Assembly (NCBI RefSeq): GCF_004010195.1
Contig: NC_057751.1
Coordinates: 4,658,161-4,722,160 of the forward strand
DNA from: Chiloscyllium plagiosum
Taxonomy: Eukaryota
Direction: 5' to 3'
Length of the DNA stretch: 64,000 nucleotides
The position numbers and the translations under genes were made by a program. Under the pieces are notes generated by a model. That model had not been told where the DNA came from. It ran no database searches and saw only the letters and a program-made list of their open reading frames with translations. Below are positions 63,740 to 64,000 of the stretch, in pieces; within the stretch, counting starts at the first letter, position 1, and every line of letters begins with the position of its first letter.

Positions 63740-63880
63740 CTCTCACTTCAGCCCTGATGAAGAGTCATCTCTACTGGAAACATGAGCGTGCTCTCTCTCC
63801 ATGGATGCTGCCTGACCCTCTGTAATCTTCAGCAGTTGTTGGTTTCAGTCCAGATTCCAGCACCTGCAATAATTTGCTCG
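63740..63880 (+). mobile_element. PLE family B pLTR, degenerate hammerhead
   Basis: CUGAUGAAGAGUCAUCUCUACUGGAAACAUG at 63754. Confidence 0.55.
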
Positions 63881-64000
63881 CTCTGAGTCTTGGTGCTTCC
63901 CAGGGTCCTGGTGCTCAGCATGCATTTGCTTGCTTTGTTTTTCCTGCTCACATGCATCACCTCACATCTCTCTCTCACACACACACAGGAACGCTGCACT

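Noticed and set aside
1..64000. CRISPR array or prokaryotic system
   Set aside because: Repeats are dispersed eukaryotic retroelements with TSDs; there are no regularly spaced repeats or operon-like ORFs.

Overview
Repeat-dense vertebrate non-coding DNA (intronic or intergenic) with two assembly gaps (8892-9509, 45196-45670). The repeat set (HE1-type tRNA SINEs, HER1/CR1 LINE fragments) points to a shark/elasmobranch; this is recognition from memory, with no search run. I recognise no host protein-coding gene: every ORF I can assign is a decayed retrotransposon fragment (CR1 endonuclease/RT, Penelope RT/GIY-YIG region). The main hidden structure is a set of minimal type-I hammerhead ribozyme motifs (CUGANGA-N-stemII-GAAA-short palindromic stem III-UH) in the terminal repeats (pLTRs) of at least four distinct Penelope-like element (PLE) families, with different but base-pairing stems. 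Many copies are tiny (125-330 bp) TSD-flanked insertions whose 5' end or inversion point sits at the ribozyme's CUGA core. In inverted-pLTR insertions only one arm carries a ~33-nt tail. Also present: multi-layer nested insertions, three CR1 copies sharing the same lesions, and a repeat-free segment with MEF2/TEAD/CArG-like motifs. Boundaries of decayed repeats are approximate (tens of bp).
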